From positions 496,001 to 560,000 of the forward strand of contig CP128816.1 in the NCBI GenBank assembly GCA_051546255.1: DNA of 64,000 nt. The letters are read 5' to 3'. The stretch's first letter is position 1; each line of letters opens with the position of its first letter. This document shows positions 31,743 through 41,616 of the stretch, piece by piece. A model generated the notes under the pieces. The model saw only the letters and a list, made by a program, of their open reading frames with translations, was not told where the DNA came from and did no database searches. Both the position numbers and the translations under genes were made by a program. The DNA comes from Meyerozyma guilliermondii (taxonomy: Eukaryota).

Positions 31743-32408
31743 CTAATATACCGTAGACACCATTCGAACAAATCTGTAGAGTTCCAGCTTCATCCGGAGC
31801 ACCTCTGTGTCTTTAATGGACACTTTGCCGTTCATACGTGAAATTATCTTTCTTGTCACTGCACTAATCTCTTGGTTGGAGAGACCGGTGATTTGAGGAA
31901 AGTCGCGCACGATACGGTCTCTGGTTAAAGCAAGCTTGAAACAGCCCACGATGAGTTTCCGCAAAGTAAAGTCCATACCATTGTAGTTGGCCATGTTGTT
32001 GCACTGGTTCAAGTAGCGGAGCAAATAGACAATATCCATGTAACGGAAAAGGTAGATTATACTCTTCATGAACTCCACTAACGACACCTGAAGTCTACTA
32101 GTTAGTATGAGAAGAAACTTGTCCAAGGGCAACGACCCGTCGATCCGTGAAGCCTGTTCAGGAGGGAACGAATTTTTGATCTTGGCAGCGATGTACTTGA
32201 CGATAACCGTCATCACCTGGTCTCTTTCCTGTTTCAAGCGAGTGCTGTTCTTTTCGTTATTCTCGTTTTCAACGCCACTTTTAGTTACTTCGTTTTCGGC
32301 TTCGTCTTCCTCCGAATCCGAAACGAGCAACGGAACATCATCCACCAATTCACTCATCACCGAGCCCTGCGACTCGGGCGCAGACTCGTCACACGAGTCA
32401 AAATCCAT
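31743..32408 (-). CDS. Uncharacterised protein with a degenerate Pcl/Pho80-type cyclin box
   Basis: Acidic N-terminus, then LPLDKFL..IIYLFRY, RKLIVGCFKLA, QITGLSNQEI..RMNGKVSI pattern; ATG 32408. Confidence 0.55.
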   Translation of the reverse strand: MDFDSCDESAPESQGSVMSELVDDVPLLVSDSEEDEAENEVTKSGVENENNEKNSTRLKQERDQVMTVIVKYIAAKIKNSFPPEQASRIDGSLPLDKFLLILTSRLQVSLVEFMKSIIYLFRYMDIVYLLRYLNQCNNMANYNGMDFTLRKLIVGCFKLALTRDRIVRDFPQITGLSNQEISAVTRKIISRMNGKVSIKDTEVLRMKLELYRFVRMVSTVY

Positions 32409-32724
32409 TTTGCTGACTAGCACGGCATCGGCCGGCGGTTTCACTGCACTGGGACACACACTGGGGAAGGCTAGACCCGACTCTGGGCGGTAATTTATGA
32501 TCATTATTTTATGTGGTTTCTCCTGATCAAAAGCTCGAAATTGTTCCGATCCTGTTGTACAAAACTAGACACGTGGATCCAGCTTAGCACTTCATTGTGA
32601 TGTGAATAAAACGGCCTGGAGAAAAAACTAAAAAGAAATCGGCGTATCAGTTGATGATAGCACTAAAATTCAGTTGATGAACCACAAGAATACAAGAGAA
32701 GAGGAATCCGCGCGCGAAGAGACC

Positions 32725-32731
32725 TGAGTCA
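32725..32731. promoter_or_regulatory. Gcn4 site TGAGTCA in the divergent promoter between the cyclin-like ORF and MET7
   Basis: Perfect consensus. Confidence 0.5.
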
Positions 32732-32875
32732 TTGGCCGCGGCACCCAAACACCACCAGAAAAAACTGTGGCGGTGCGCGCACGCCCCCTCCGCTCTCAAA
32801 AATTTCCTTAACCTCTCACTCAGCCTGTCAAAAATTGGTGCTCTGGTGTTTCTGCTGAGTGTTCTATTATCCCCC

Positions 32876-34417
32876 ATGGAACCCATGAACAGCCGTGCCC
32901 GTGGCTACAAGGATGCTGTCAAGGCGCTCAATTCGTTGCAGTCCAACTTTGCCACCATAGAAGCCACGAAAAAATTGGGTCCTAGTGTCAATCGAAATGA
33001 GGTTTCGCTCAGGGAGGTTTATGAATATACTCGTCGTTTAGGTTACAAACCAGAAGATTTCAACAAACTCAACTTGATCCATGTGACCGGCACGAAGGGC
33101 AAGGGGCTGACGTGTGCGTTCACAGAGTCGATTTTGTCACAATATCAGGGAAGTAATGGACCCATAGGAAAGATTGGACTTTTCACTTCGCCCCATTTAA
33201 AGTCTGTTCGAGAGCGGATTCGGATCAATGGCCAGCCCATTAACGAGCTCAAGTTTGCCAAGTACTTTTTCGATGTTTGGGACCGGTTATCTTCAACCGA
33301 ATCGTCGCCCGATGAGTTTCCGCACTTGCAGCCATGCAACGAGGTTAAGCCAATGTACTTCAAGTATTTGACCATTATGTCGTTCCATGTGTTTATGAGC
33401 GAGGGTGTGGACACAGCCATCTACGAGGTGGGCATTGGGGGCCACTACGACTCCACAAATATAATAGACACCCCGGTGGTGACTGGTATATCTAGCTTGG
33501 GTATCGACCACACTTTTATGCTTGGAAACACCATTGAGTCTATCACGTGGAACAAGACGGGAATCTTCAAGAAGGGTGTTCCTGCGGTGGTTAGCGAGCA
33601 GGTAGAACACCCGGAGGCGATTGAATTTATTAAAGAACGAGCAAAAGAGCGCCAAGTTTCGTCTTTGGAAATAGTGTCACCAAACATCTTGCCCACCCAC
33701 CAGAAGTTGGGATTAGCTGGAGACTTCCAACGCCAGAATGCAGCGTTGGCGGTGAAATTGGCAGCAATTCGGTTGGAGAAACTCGGCGTGCCTCTGGATG
33801 AGTTGCCAAATTATGAGGAAGCACTTCTTCCCGACAAGTTCATCAGCGGGTTGGAGAAAACTCAATGGCCCGGTCGGTGTCAGATCATCAAGGATAAGCC
33901 AGGATTCGAAAAAATCACCTGGTACATTGACGGCGCGCACACCATTGAGTCTATGGCTGTGGCTTCAAAGTGGTTTGCCCAACAAATGGAAACAAGTAAA
34001 CCGGCTGCAAATAACATCAAGGTTCTTCTTTTTAATCAACAGAATAGAGAAAATGCCGGGGATTTGCTCGTCAAGCTTTATGAAGTGATGGCGTCTTCCA
34101 AATTCAGATTCAACCACGTTATTTTCACCACCAATGTCACCTGGTCAAGTGGTGACTACAACGCCGATCTCGTCTCCATGAACACCTCCAAAGACCTTGT
34201 CGACAAGCTCGTGGTCCAGAAAATGCTTGCTGGAATATGGAGCGAGCTAGACCAGAAGAATAATGCCAGCACTCGCAAACACATTCTCCATGAGATAGAA
34301 ACCAGTGCAAACTTTATCAAGAGTTTGACCAACGAGGCCGACGTCGATGTGTTCGTTTGTGGCTCCTTGCATTTGGTCGGAGGTGTTCTTGTAGTTCTCG
34401 ACAACGAGCACGATTGA
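32876..34417 (+). CDS. MET7: Folylpolyglutamate synthase
   Basis: YKDAVKALNSLQSN, HVTGTKGKG(CTG=S)TC P-loop, FTSPHL..VRERI, EVGIGG.YDSTN, WPGRCQ, IDGAHT, GSLHLVG; first ATG 32876 (second 32885). Confidence 0.92.
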   Translation: MEPMNSRARGYKDAVKALNSLQSNFATIEATKKLGPSVNRNEVSLREVYEYTRRLGYKPEDFNKLNLIHVTGTKGKGLTCAFTESILSQYQGSNGPIGKIGLFTSPHLKSVRERIRINGQPINELKFAKYFFDVWDRLSSTESSPDEFPHLQPCNEVKPMYFKYLTIMSFHVFMSEGVDTAIYEVGIGGHYDSTNIIDTPVVTGISSLGIDHTFMLGNTIESITWNKTGIFKKGVPAVVSEQVEHPEAIEFIKERAKERQVSSLEIVSPNILPTHQKLGLAGDFQRQNAALAVKLAAIRLEKLGVPLDELPNYEEALLPDKFISGLEKTQWPGRCQIIKDKPGFEKITWYIDGAHTIESMAVASKWFAQQMETSKPAANNIKVLLFNQQNRENAGDLLVKLYEVMASSKFRFNHVIFTTNVTWSSGDYNADLVSMNTSKDLVDKLVVQKMLAGIWSELDQKNNASTRKHILHEIETSANFIKSLTNEADVDVFVCGSLHLVGGVLVVLDNEHD

Positions 34418-34478
34418 GCGACCATCCTACATAATTTTCTATTATACGGTGTATATTATTTCCCGTCGTACATCTCCA

Positions 34479-35678
34479 TTAAGCGTTATTATTGTTGACG
34501 ATACTTTCTCTCGAAGCATTCACAATCTCATCTATGTTTTCCAATGCGTTCTTCCACTCGTTCAAGATCCTTCTCACGGCATCCCAGTTCTTACTGTTGT
34601 CATGGCCAGCCAAGATTAACCGGTTAACTCGAGTCAAGTAAAACTTTTGGTCCGATTGACTCAATCTGCCGTCAACTACTCCTGCTTTGAGCGAGTTCAC
34701 CACCAACATCTCAAACTGTTCAGGAGACTCACTCAAGGTGGAAGGAAAGTCGCTGTAGTTGAAAACGAGCTTGTCGTCGTTATCAATCAAAAATTTGGCC
34801 AACACCAAAATTTTTGATTTTTGAACAATGGGCTCAAGCGGAAGTGTAGATGGAACGGTTGTGAGAAGCTTTCCGGAAGTATAGTCGACGAAAATTTGCA
34901 CCACACTATCGCTGGAATTTGCTTGGATGGCCTGAGCCACGTTGTTGTTGACCAAAAACGACACATCGACAACCTCCGACACCAACGCAAACTTGATCAA
35001 AGTGTGTAATTGTTCAAGGTTTAAAGTGTATTGCGATGTGAACTTTTTTATGAGTTGCAAAGACCCCAAGCTGGCCTTTTTGTCCAAGGTGATAAACTTC
35101 CAGAACAAAGCCTTGATCTCGTCAGACGAAGCTCCAGTTTTGGCGAGCCATTGTACGAGGTTGTCTCCAATCGACGATTCCATCAACAGGAAATCCAACG
35201 ACGAGTTCTCATATATGTATAATATTTTCTCCAAGACTGTAATTCTGGTTCTGGATGTCTCAGGAATGAAGTTGAAAATGGTGTTCAATACTGAAAGAAT
35301 GCTGGTGGACTTGATAGACTTACGGTCTCTCAACGATGGCGCCTGTTTGGGATTGCAGTCTAACAAATTCTGGACAACCTGAGAATTTCCACCAACCACT
35401 TTTTCGATAGAGCCTTCAAGTTGTAACAAAATGTACACGATCAAGTTGAACGCAGGTTCAAACTCCTTGTCCGACAACTGAGCCAAATTTTTGGGCGAAG
35501 ATGATTCAACAATTTTGGTTTTCAATTCGGACGTGTTGATGATTTCGTTAGTGTAGGGTTTTATGAATGGTTGCAATGACTCAGAAAACAGGACGGACTC
35601 GTTGACCGAGTCGATGATCTGCCCATACTCCTTGAGGCATCCAGCCAAGTCGTTGTCTACGACGATTACTGAAGTCAT
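34479..35678 (-). CDS. Translation initiation factor eIF3 subunit M (PCI domain)
   Basis: DKEFEPAFNL, LSVLNTIFNFIPETSRTR, C-terminal PCI KSKILVLA..LKAGVVDGRLSQ..W...L.EWK; RRPE TGAAAAATTTT at 35700-35710. Confidence 0.8.
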   Translation of the reverse strand: MTSVIVVDNDLAGCLKEYGQIIDSVNESVLFSESLQPFIKPYTNEIINTSELKTKIVESSSPKNLAQLSDKEFEPAFNLIVYILLQLEGSIEKVVGGNSQVVQNLLDCNPKQAPSLRDRKSIKSTSILSVLNTIFNFIPETSRTRITVLEKILYIYENSSLDFLLMESSIGDNLVQWLAKTGASSDEIKALFWKFITLDKKASLGSLQLIKKFTSQYTLNLEQLHTLIKFALVSEVVDVSFLVNNNVAQAIQANSSDSVVQIFVDYTSGKLLTTVPSTLPLEPIVQKSKILVLAKFLIDNDDKLVFNYSDFPSTLSESPEQFEMLVVNSLKAGVVDGRLSQSDQKFYLTRVNRLILAGHDNSKNWDAVRRILNEWKNALENIDEIVNASRESIVNNNNA

Positions 35679-35782
35679 GGTGTCTCTAAACTAGAATGCT
35701 GAAAAATTTTCGATACCGTGCGACATCCTGTTTTGGGAGGTGCGCGAGCAATGTGAGTCCTGATAGTAGAGGTCTCCATATC

Positions 35783-38293
35783 TTAGTCCTCATCTTCCTC
35801 GTCAATAATGACAAATTTGGTTTCGTATAGATTGCCTCCCGTGGGAGTTGCGCCTCGATGCTTTTCTGCCAGAGAATCGATGTTTTTCATTGGCTTGGGT
35901 TTGGAATATGTTTTGGTGGTTAATGGAGGTGACTGAGAACGAGGCACTACTGGGGCAGAACCATTAGAACTGACATCCAAAAAGTTGAAACCGGTCGGGG
36001 CATTATATGCGTTTCCGTTCAGACTGAGATCTGGGGTTCCTGGCCGAAAAACGCTGGCCGCAGTCACCTGGGGAGTATTGGCAAGACGAGAGAAAGAACC
36101 GTTGTCTGCCTTTTTCAGTCTCTGGCCTTCATCCGACGAGTTACTCGAGAGCCGTGACATGGAAGACCGCTTGCGGTGACCGGAATGGTGTCTAAGTCTC
36201 GGAACAGAATTTTGAGAGGTCAATTGAGGTCCAGTAGCATTGGTGGAAGTGGACAAAATCGACATATCTGACGACATGTTTCGTCTGTAACTTGGTCGTC
36301 TCTTCTGAGGTACTAAGGCTCCAGCCGAGCCACGATTATGCTGTAACTCGTGCTGTGAGGCATTGATGGAAGACTCATATGCTCCATCTTCGTCGTATTC
36401 GGCGTACTCGTCCATGGAATCACTCATTTCTGTCTCGTCCATATCCAATTCCGATTCAGATATCATCGTCAGAAGCTGACTCAAATGGCTCAATTGACTC
36501 TGCTGTGAGATTACAGAGGAGGGTCGAGTCCGATAAGTTCTGGTCCCGTTCAACAAGGTATTGCCGTTCTCGAGGTTCTCCACTGGTGGAACACCCGATC
36601 GAGGTGAAGGCGAGTTTACGTCGGCATGATCTTCAATGTAGTTGATAGTGGGGATTTTTTCAGATGGAGCCAAAATTGCACCGTCGTCCATCTCAGATTT
36701 GTTGCTGAACTGTTCGAGAGTTTGCAGCTCCGGAGACCTATCGTCTGTATTTTTGGTTCGTTTCCAGAATTGAAGCTTGTTGAGGATCTTTGAGTTTTTG
36801 GGTCTTTTACTGGTGCTTTCTTCAGAATAGAGACTCATTCCCGTTCCTTTGGATGACTGCTTTTCGGTATCGGGATAAAAAGAAACGGTTCTGTTCAAAA
36901 CGTTCCCGTTTTCTATTCCTTGTGCTGATCTATTATTCAATTTTTCGTTCATAGAATAGTGTTTTTTTGTCCCATCTAGTCGACTGTCAGTTGAGAGTCG
37001 AGGAGACGCCATTTTCGAAATGTTCGTTCGGCTGTTGTTGCGGTTGGATCCTATGCTCAACGAGGATATAATGCGCTCCAAGGGCTGGGTTCCACCTTGT
37101 TCTGAAAGCGAAAGTGCGCTCTTAAATCTGTCTCTGGACCGTCTCAAAGACATTCTTGCGTCGTTATACTTTTTCTTCTTTTCTTTGTAGTAGCGTTTTT
37201 TGGCAAATTCATGTTTGAGAGAAAGCTCGTAGAATGCTGTCAACGAGTTCATCTGACGGTTTTGTACGCTGCTTTTGAGATGGTCGACATCGATGTTCAA
37301 CTTGCGAAACCGCTTCAAAAGATGGCGCTCAACCTTTGACTCGAAAGGCTGACCCGGGTCGTTGTACCACTGGGTGATGGACACGATGGAACCGGCGTCG
37401 GTGTGGATGGAGGACCGCGATCTTCGGTGATGGTTGTGATCCATGAGAAGAGATGAGTTTTGCACTTCACTCAAGGAAGCTCTTTGACGGGGATCTTTGC
37501 AAAGCATGCGCTGAATGAGCAATATAACTTCATTAGGAACTCCACTTCTGTATTCGGGCTCGTCGTGGATGATTTTAAACTTGGTTCGAAGGTCGTCATC
37601 CTCATCAAACGGCATCACTCCATAGAACATGGTGTACAAAATCACCCCAAGAGCCCATATATCGGCGGCGAAGCCCGAGTAGTTTTCGTTCTTGAGCAAT
37701 TCTGGCGCCATATATACGGTGGTGCCGCAAACAGTCGAGAGCAATTTCCGTTGGCGTGGGTCGTACTCTCTAACAAAGCCAAAATCCGTCAACTTGACCA
37801 CGGTCTTTTTCTTGTCAGCAAGAAGGATATTTTCGAGCTTGAGGTCTCGGTGAGAAAGGTTGAGCTTATGCACATACGATATACCCATCACGATCTGGCT
37901 GAATATTCTCTGGCACTCTTCATATGTGAGTCGTCGTTTTTCGTAGATATAATAAAAAAGCTCATTGCCTTCACAGTATTCCATTACTAGCCAAAGATGG
38001 CTCTCTGTTTTAATTACCTCGTAGAGTTTGACGATATTTTTGTGTTTGAGTTGTCTATGGTAGAACACCTCTCGTACTATATTGGGGTCGTCAATCAAGC
38101 CACATTTAAGCACAACCTTCACATTGAGGATTATATGCATGGCTAGGTACACTTTACCGAAAGCACCTTCTCCTATCTCATCGATAATACGATAACATCC
38201 GATCTGATTGACTGCTGGTGACGTGATGTGGATGTAGAAATCGTTGAATTGTGCGGCTAGTTGCGCCTTTTGCTGGGTTTGTTTTCGTTCCAT
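35783..38293 (-). CDS. CAMK-like Ser/Thr protein kinase with long low-complexity C-terminus
   Basis: IGEGAFGKV, HRDLKLEN, DFGF, CGTTVYMAPE, DIWALGVILY; no confident S. cerevisiae orthologue recognised. Confidence 0.85.
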   Translation of the reverse strand: MERKQTQQKAQLAAQFNDFYIHITSPAVNQIGCYRIIDEIGEGAFGKVYLAMHIILNVKVVLKCGLIDDPNIVREVFYHRQLKHKNIVKLYEVIKTESHLWLVMEYCEGNELFYYIYEKRRLTYEECQRIFSQIVMGISYVHKLNLSHRDLKLENILLADKKKTVVKLTDFGFVREYDPRQRKLLSTVCGTTVYMAPELLKNENYSGFAADIWALGVILYTMFYGVMPFDEDDDLRTKFKIIHDEPEYRSGVPNEVILLIQRMLCKDPRQRASLSEVQNSSLLMDHNHHRRSRSSIHTDAGSIVSITQWYNDPGQPFESKVERHLLKRFRKLNIDVDHLKSSVQNRQMNSLTAFYELSLKHEFAKKRYYKEKKKKYNDARMSLRRSRDRFKSALSLSEQGGTQPLERIISSLSIGSNRNNSRTNISKMASPRLSTDSRLDGTKKHYSMNEKLNNRSAQGIENGNVLNRTVSFYPDTEKQSSKGTGMSLYSEESTSKRPKNSKILNKLQFWKRTKNTDDRSPELQTLEQFSNKSEMDDGAILAPSEKIPTINYIEDHADVNSPSPRSGVPPVENLENGNTLLNGTRTYRTRPSSVISQQSQLSHLSQLLTMISESELDMDETEMSDSMDEYAEYDEDGAYESSINASQHELQHNRGSAGALVPQKRRPSYRRNMSSDMSILSTSTNATGPQLTSQNSVPRLRHHSGHRKRSSMSRLSSNSSDEGQRLKKADNGSFSRLANTPQVTAASVFRPGTPDLSLNGNAYNAPTGFNFLDVSSNGSAPVVPRSQSPPLTTKTYSKPKPMKNIDSLAEKHRGATPTGGNLYETKFVIIDEEDED

Positions 38294-38462
38294 AAGAAAC
38301 CCCGAGGTCGGAAACCCACTACTAGTTGTTTAAATTGGCCGAAACTTGCAAAATGATAGAGTTTCTATGCCCTGTAACTGTCGTGTAGTTGTAACGCAAC
38401 TGATTCCAGCTGCAGGATACTTCAATTTCGCTGCGAAAAATGTCGCTTCGGCATCGAGTTGC

Positions 38463-40547
38463 ATGTATGGAATAACAAGGTTATACCGACCGTGGTCGAC
38501 TTGCGGACATGTAAATGCTTTGCTGGTGTTCCAAAAGCTGGTGAGGTCAGCAGTGAGTCCTGTAAAGTTGCCAAATCGTTTATATCTGTCGAAATCAAGC
38601 GAAACTCTCCACTCGATAGCATCCCAGCTGATCCAAAATGTGGCCAAAACTTTACAAAAACGAGCATTTGCGCCTCCTCTCGCATACTTGAACACACTCA
38701 ATCACGAAGATTCCAAAACCCTAGTATCGGAACTCTCACAAAAAGTTGAAAAGCAACTTGAGTCTTTTCGCAGCAATGACCATCAGCCAGTAGCTCCAGT
38801 TAGTTTCATCAATCCTCGACTACAGAACGTCGCTGGCATCATCCAGGATGTTGCCGATGGCAGGGTTCCAGACGAGATACTTCAGATCTACAATTTTCGA
38901 AACCACGAAGAAACATTGGATTCTATCATGGCCAAGCTACTCTACAAAGAATACATTGAACAGAACCTCTACACTATTCAGCCTCAGAATTCGCTGGTAG
39001 ATCTTTCGAGCCCAGCGTCGTGGTTTCCGGAAGCCAGGAAAATGAAGCGTAAGTTGGTTCTTCATGTGGGACCAACCAATAGTGGTAAGACCTACAACTC
39101 ACTCCAAGAGCTCGCCAAGTCAAAGTCAGGTTACTATGCGGGGCCCCTCCGGTTGCTCGCGAGAGAGATCTACGAGAGATTCAACCAGCAGGGAATCCGG
39201 TGCAATCTTATCACTGGAGAAGAGGTGGTTCCATCGATCGACGAAGTGGGTAAAGTCAGTGACATTTCGTCCGGAACAATCGAGATGATTCCTCTTCACA
39301 AACCGATGGATACATGTGTCATAGATGAGATTCAGATGATTGCCGACGACAGACGAGGCTCAGCATGGACAGGTGCCGTTTTAGGGGTTCAGGCCAAAGT
39401 AATTCACATGTGTGGAGAGCAGAGTGCAGTTCCTTTGATCAAGAAACTAGCCAATATAACAGGAGATGAACTTGAAATTAAAACCTACGAGAGGCTTGGA
39501 AAGTTGACTGTGGCTCAAAAAGAGCTTCATCTGTTGAAAAAGTTGGCCAAAGGTGATTGTGTTATTGCATTTTCAAAGCGGAAGATTCTTGAGCTCAAGT
39601 GCGAGATTGAGAAAATGACAAAGTTTCGTGTGGGGGTTATTTATGGAGCACTTCCACCTGAAATTCGGTCTAAGGAAGCCAATGGGTTCAACAGTGGCCA
39701 GTATGATATTCTAGTAGCCTCAGATGCCGTTGGAATGGGTCTTAATTTGAAAATCAAGCGGGTGGTATTTTTCACAACTACAAAATTCAACGGCAGTGAG
39801 ACGGTTCCGCTTACAGCATCTGCTACAAAGCAGATAGCCGGGAGAGCTGGGCGGTTTAGTGCTGGGAAAGGTCAACTGGAAGGATTTGTCACGGCATTGA
39901 AAGCCAAAGACTTGAGACATGTACGCAAGATGATGGCCGAACCCAATCAAGATCTCGTGAAAGCATGTATTTGGCCCACCAACAAAATATGGATGCTTTA
40001 TATGAGCAAGTTCCCACAAGGAACGTCGTTCTATGAGATCTTGAGTCAATTTGCCCACGAGACCGCCGATGTCAAAATGTCCGATTTCTTCGTTACCGAG
40101 CTTGATGAACGATTTGACATTTTGAAACTTTTTTTGAAAAAAGATTTGTTCAAAAAGACAATGATCGAGGACCAACTCACACTCAGTTTGGCACCAATCA
40201 ACATTCGCATGGCTTCAAAATTGATTGTGGATACCGCCTTTGATTTCTTCGAGACCATCTCCAAGTGTGAGACAAAGACTATATTTGACTTTCATTTTTT
40301 GCACACAAAGTTGCTCGAACAAGAACCTCGCAAATCCACAACCGCAGAGGAAACCGTGGAGCGACTTCGTCTCCTTGAAGAAAATCACAAATTGGTATTA
40401 ATTTTCTTGTGGCTCAGTCAACGGTGGCCGACTCTTTTCGTGGATAAAGAGAGTGCTACAGACGTGAAGACATTGATCGAAAAGAGAATTAGCGAAGAAC
40501 TTATCAACCTCCGCCAAACTATGAAGAAGACTCGGCGGAGGAGATAA
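38463..40547 (+). CDS. SUV3: Mitochondrial degradosome RNA helicase Suv3
   Basis: WFPEARKMKRK, HVGPTNSGKT, GPLRLLAREIY, IDEIQM, VASDAVGMGLNL, QIAGRAGR; start uncertain (ATG 38463 preferred, 38367 also in frame). Confidence 0.93.
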   Translation: MYGITRLYRPWSTCGHVNALLVFQKLVRSAVSPVKLPNRLYLSKSSETLHSIASQLIQNVAKTLQKRAFAPPLAYLNTLNHEDSKTLVSELSQKVEKQLESFRSNDHQPVAPVSFINPRLQNVAGIIQDVADGRVPDEILQIYNFRNHEETLDSIMAKLLYKEYIEQNLYTIQPQNSLVDLSSPASWFPEARKMKRKLVLHVGPTNSGKTYNSLQELAKSKSGYYAGPLRLLAREIYERFNQQGIRCNLITGEEVVPSIDEVGKVSDISSGTIEMIPLHKPMDTCVIDEIQMIADDRRGSAWTGAVLGVQAKVIHMCGEQSAVPLIKKLANITGDELEIKTYERLGKLTVAQKELHLLKKLAKGDCVIAFSKRKILELKCEIEKMTKFRVGVIYGALPPEIRSKEANGFNSGQYDILVASDAVGMGLNLKIKRVVFFTTTKFNGSETVPLTASATKQIAGRAGRFSAGKGQLEGFVTALKAKDLRHVRKMMAEPNQDLVKACIWPTNKIWMLYMSKFPQGTSFYEILSQFAHETADVKMSDFFVTELDERFDILKLFLKKDLFKKTMIEDQLTLSLAPINIRMASKLIVDTAFDFFETISKCETKTIFDFHFLHTKLLEQEPRKSTTAEETVERLRLLEENHKLVLIFLWLSQRWPTLFVDKESATDVKTLIEKRISEELINLRQTMKKTRRRR

Positions 40548-40723
40548 ATTGTAGATAGCATAAACGTGGAAATAGCAATTTGTAGATAGTTTTGTTAATG
40601 GTTGCAAATAGCATTGTAGGTTAGTCGTGGTTCCCCACAATTTGTGCGCGCCCCCACGCCAACCCCCACGCTCGCCGTTTTGCCAATACTAAGATTGTTA
40701 CACCGACTATTATTCTGCCCGCC

Positions 40724-41284
40724 ATGACCCAAAACACAGTAATTGTTGTCGGAGGACCCGCTGGGACCGGCAAAACTACCATAGCAGAGCTCTTGAGTGC
40801 TCAATTTGCGTGTCCATTTATTGAAGGAGATTCGCTTCATCCTCCGGAAAATATTGAAAAAATGTCCAAAGGCATTCCACTTACGGACGAAGATCGATGG
40901 GGTTGGTTAAGACAGTTAAGTGAGGAGGCGTCAGAGAAGGCTATTTCGCCCGAGAACAAGTCCAAGATTTGCATTGTGCTGTGTTCTATGTTGAAGAGGG
41001 TGTACAGAAGCTACATCAAAAAATCGAGCAGTGAAAAATTTCCTCACAACGAATTGAAGTTTCGGTTTTTGTTCCTCCACACCACGTTTGAGGATCTCAT
41101 GAAGCGTGTGAGTGGAAGGAAGGGCCATTACATGAAATCGGACATGGTCAAGTCGCAATATGATATTATGGAGATTCCCAATGGGGACGAGTTGGTTGCG
41201 AATGGAGGAGAGTGTTTGGCAGTGGACACCACGAACAAGACACCAGAGGAGATTTTACGGGATATTATAAACCAAATAAACTAA
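40724..41284 (+). CDS. Gluconokinase (GntK/IdnK type)
   Basis: GGPAGTGKTT, EGDSLHPPENIEKMSKGIPLTDEDRWGWL, RKGHYMKSDMVKSQ. Confidence 0.92.
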   Translation: MTQNTVIVVGGPAGTGKTTIAELLSAQFACPFIEGDSLHPPENIEKMSKGIPLTDEDRWGWLRQLSEEASEKAISPENKSKICIVLCSMLKRVYRSYIKKSSSEKFPHNELKFRFLFLHTTFEDLMKRVSGRKGHYMKSDMVKSQYDIMEIPNGDELVANGGECLAVDTTNKTPEEILRDIINQIN

Positions 41285-41616
41285 TTGAATATCAACAGTT
41301 CCAAATTCCTTGGTTTCAGCCACGTCTCACACCAGTATGGCAAGTAATGGCTGCGGCGGTTTCCGCATTGGGCATCTCAGCTCTAAATTACCGTTCAAGC
41401 ATTGATACCAAGAATTGGTTCTCTTTCTCTCAAAAACACGTTGTATGCTCTTCTCGTATCGCTCATCAACCCTATCTCTTCAACGGCCAATTTAACTCAT
41501 CATACCGCCCACCATGTGAATTCTCCAATGCATAGCTTCCTATTTAAGCTTTCGCAATCTGCAGTTCTCACGTAAAAAGATTGCCGTAAATTGTGCAGGT
41601 ACCCCGAGTCTACGCC

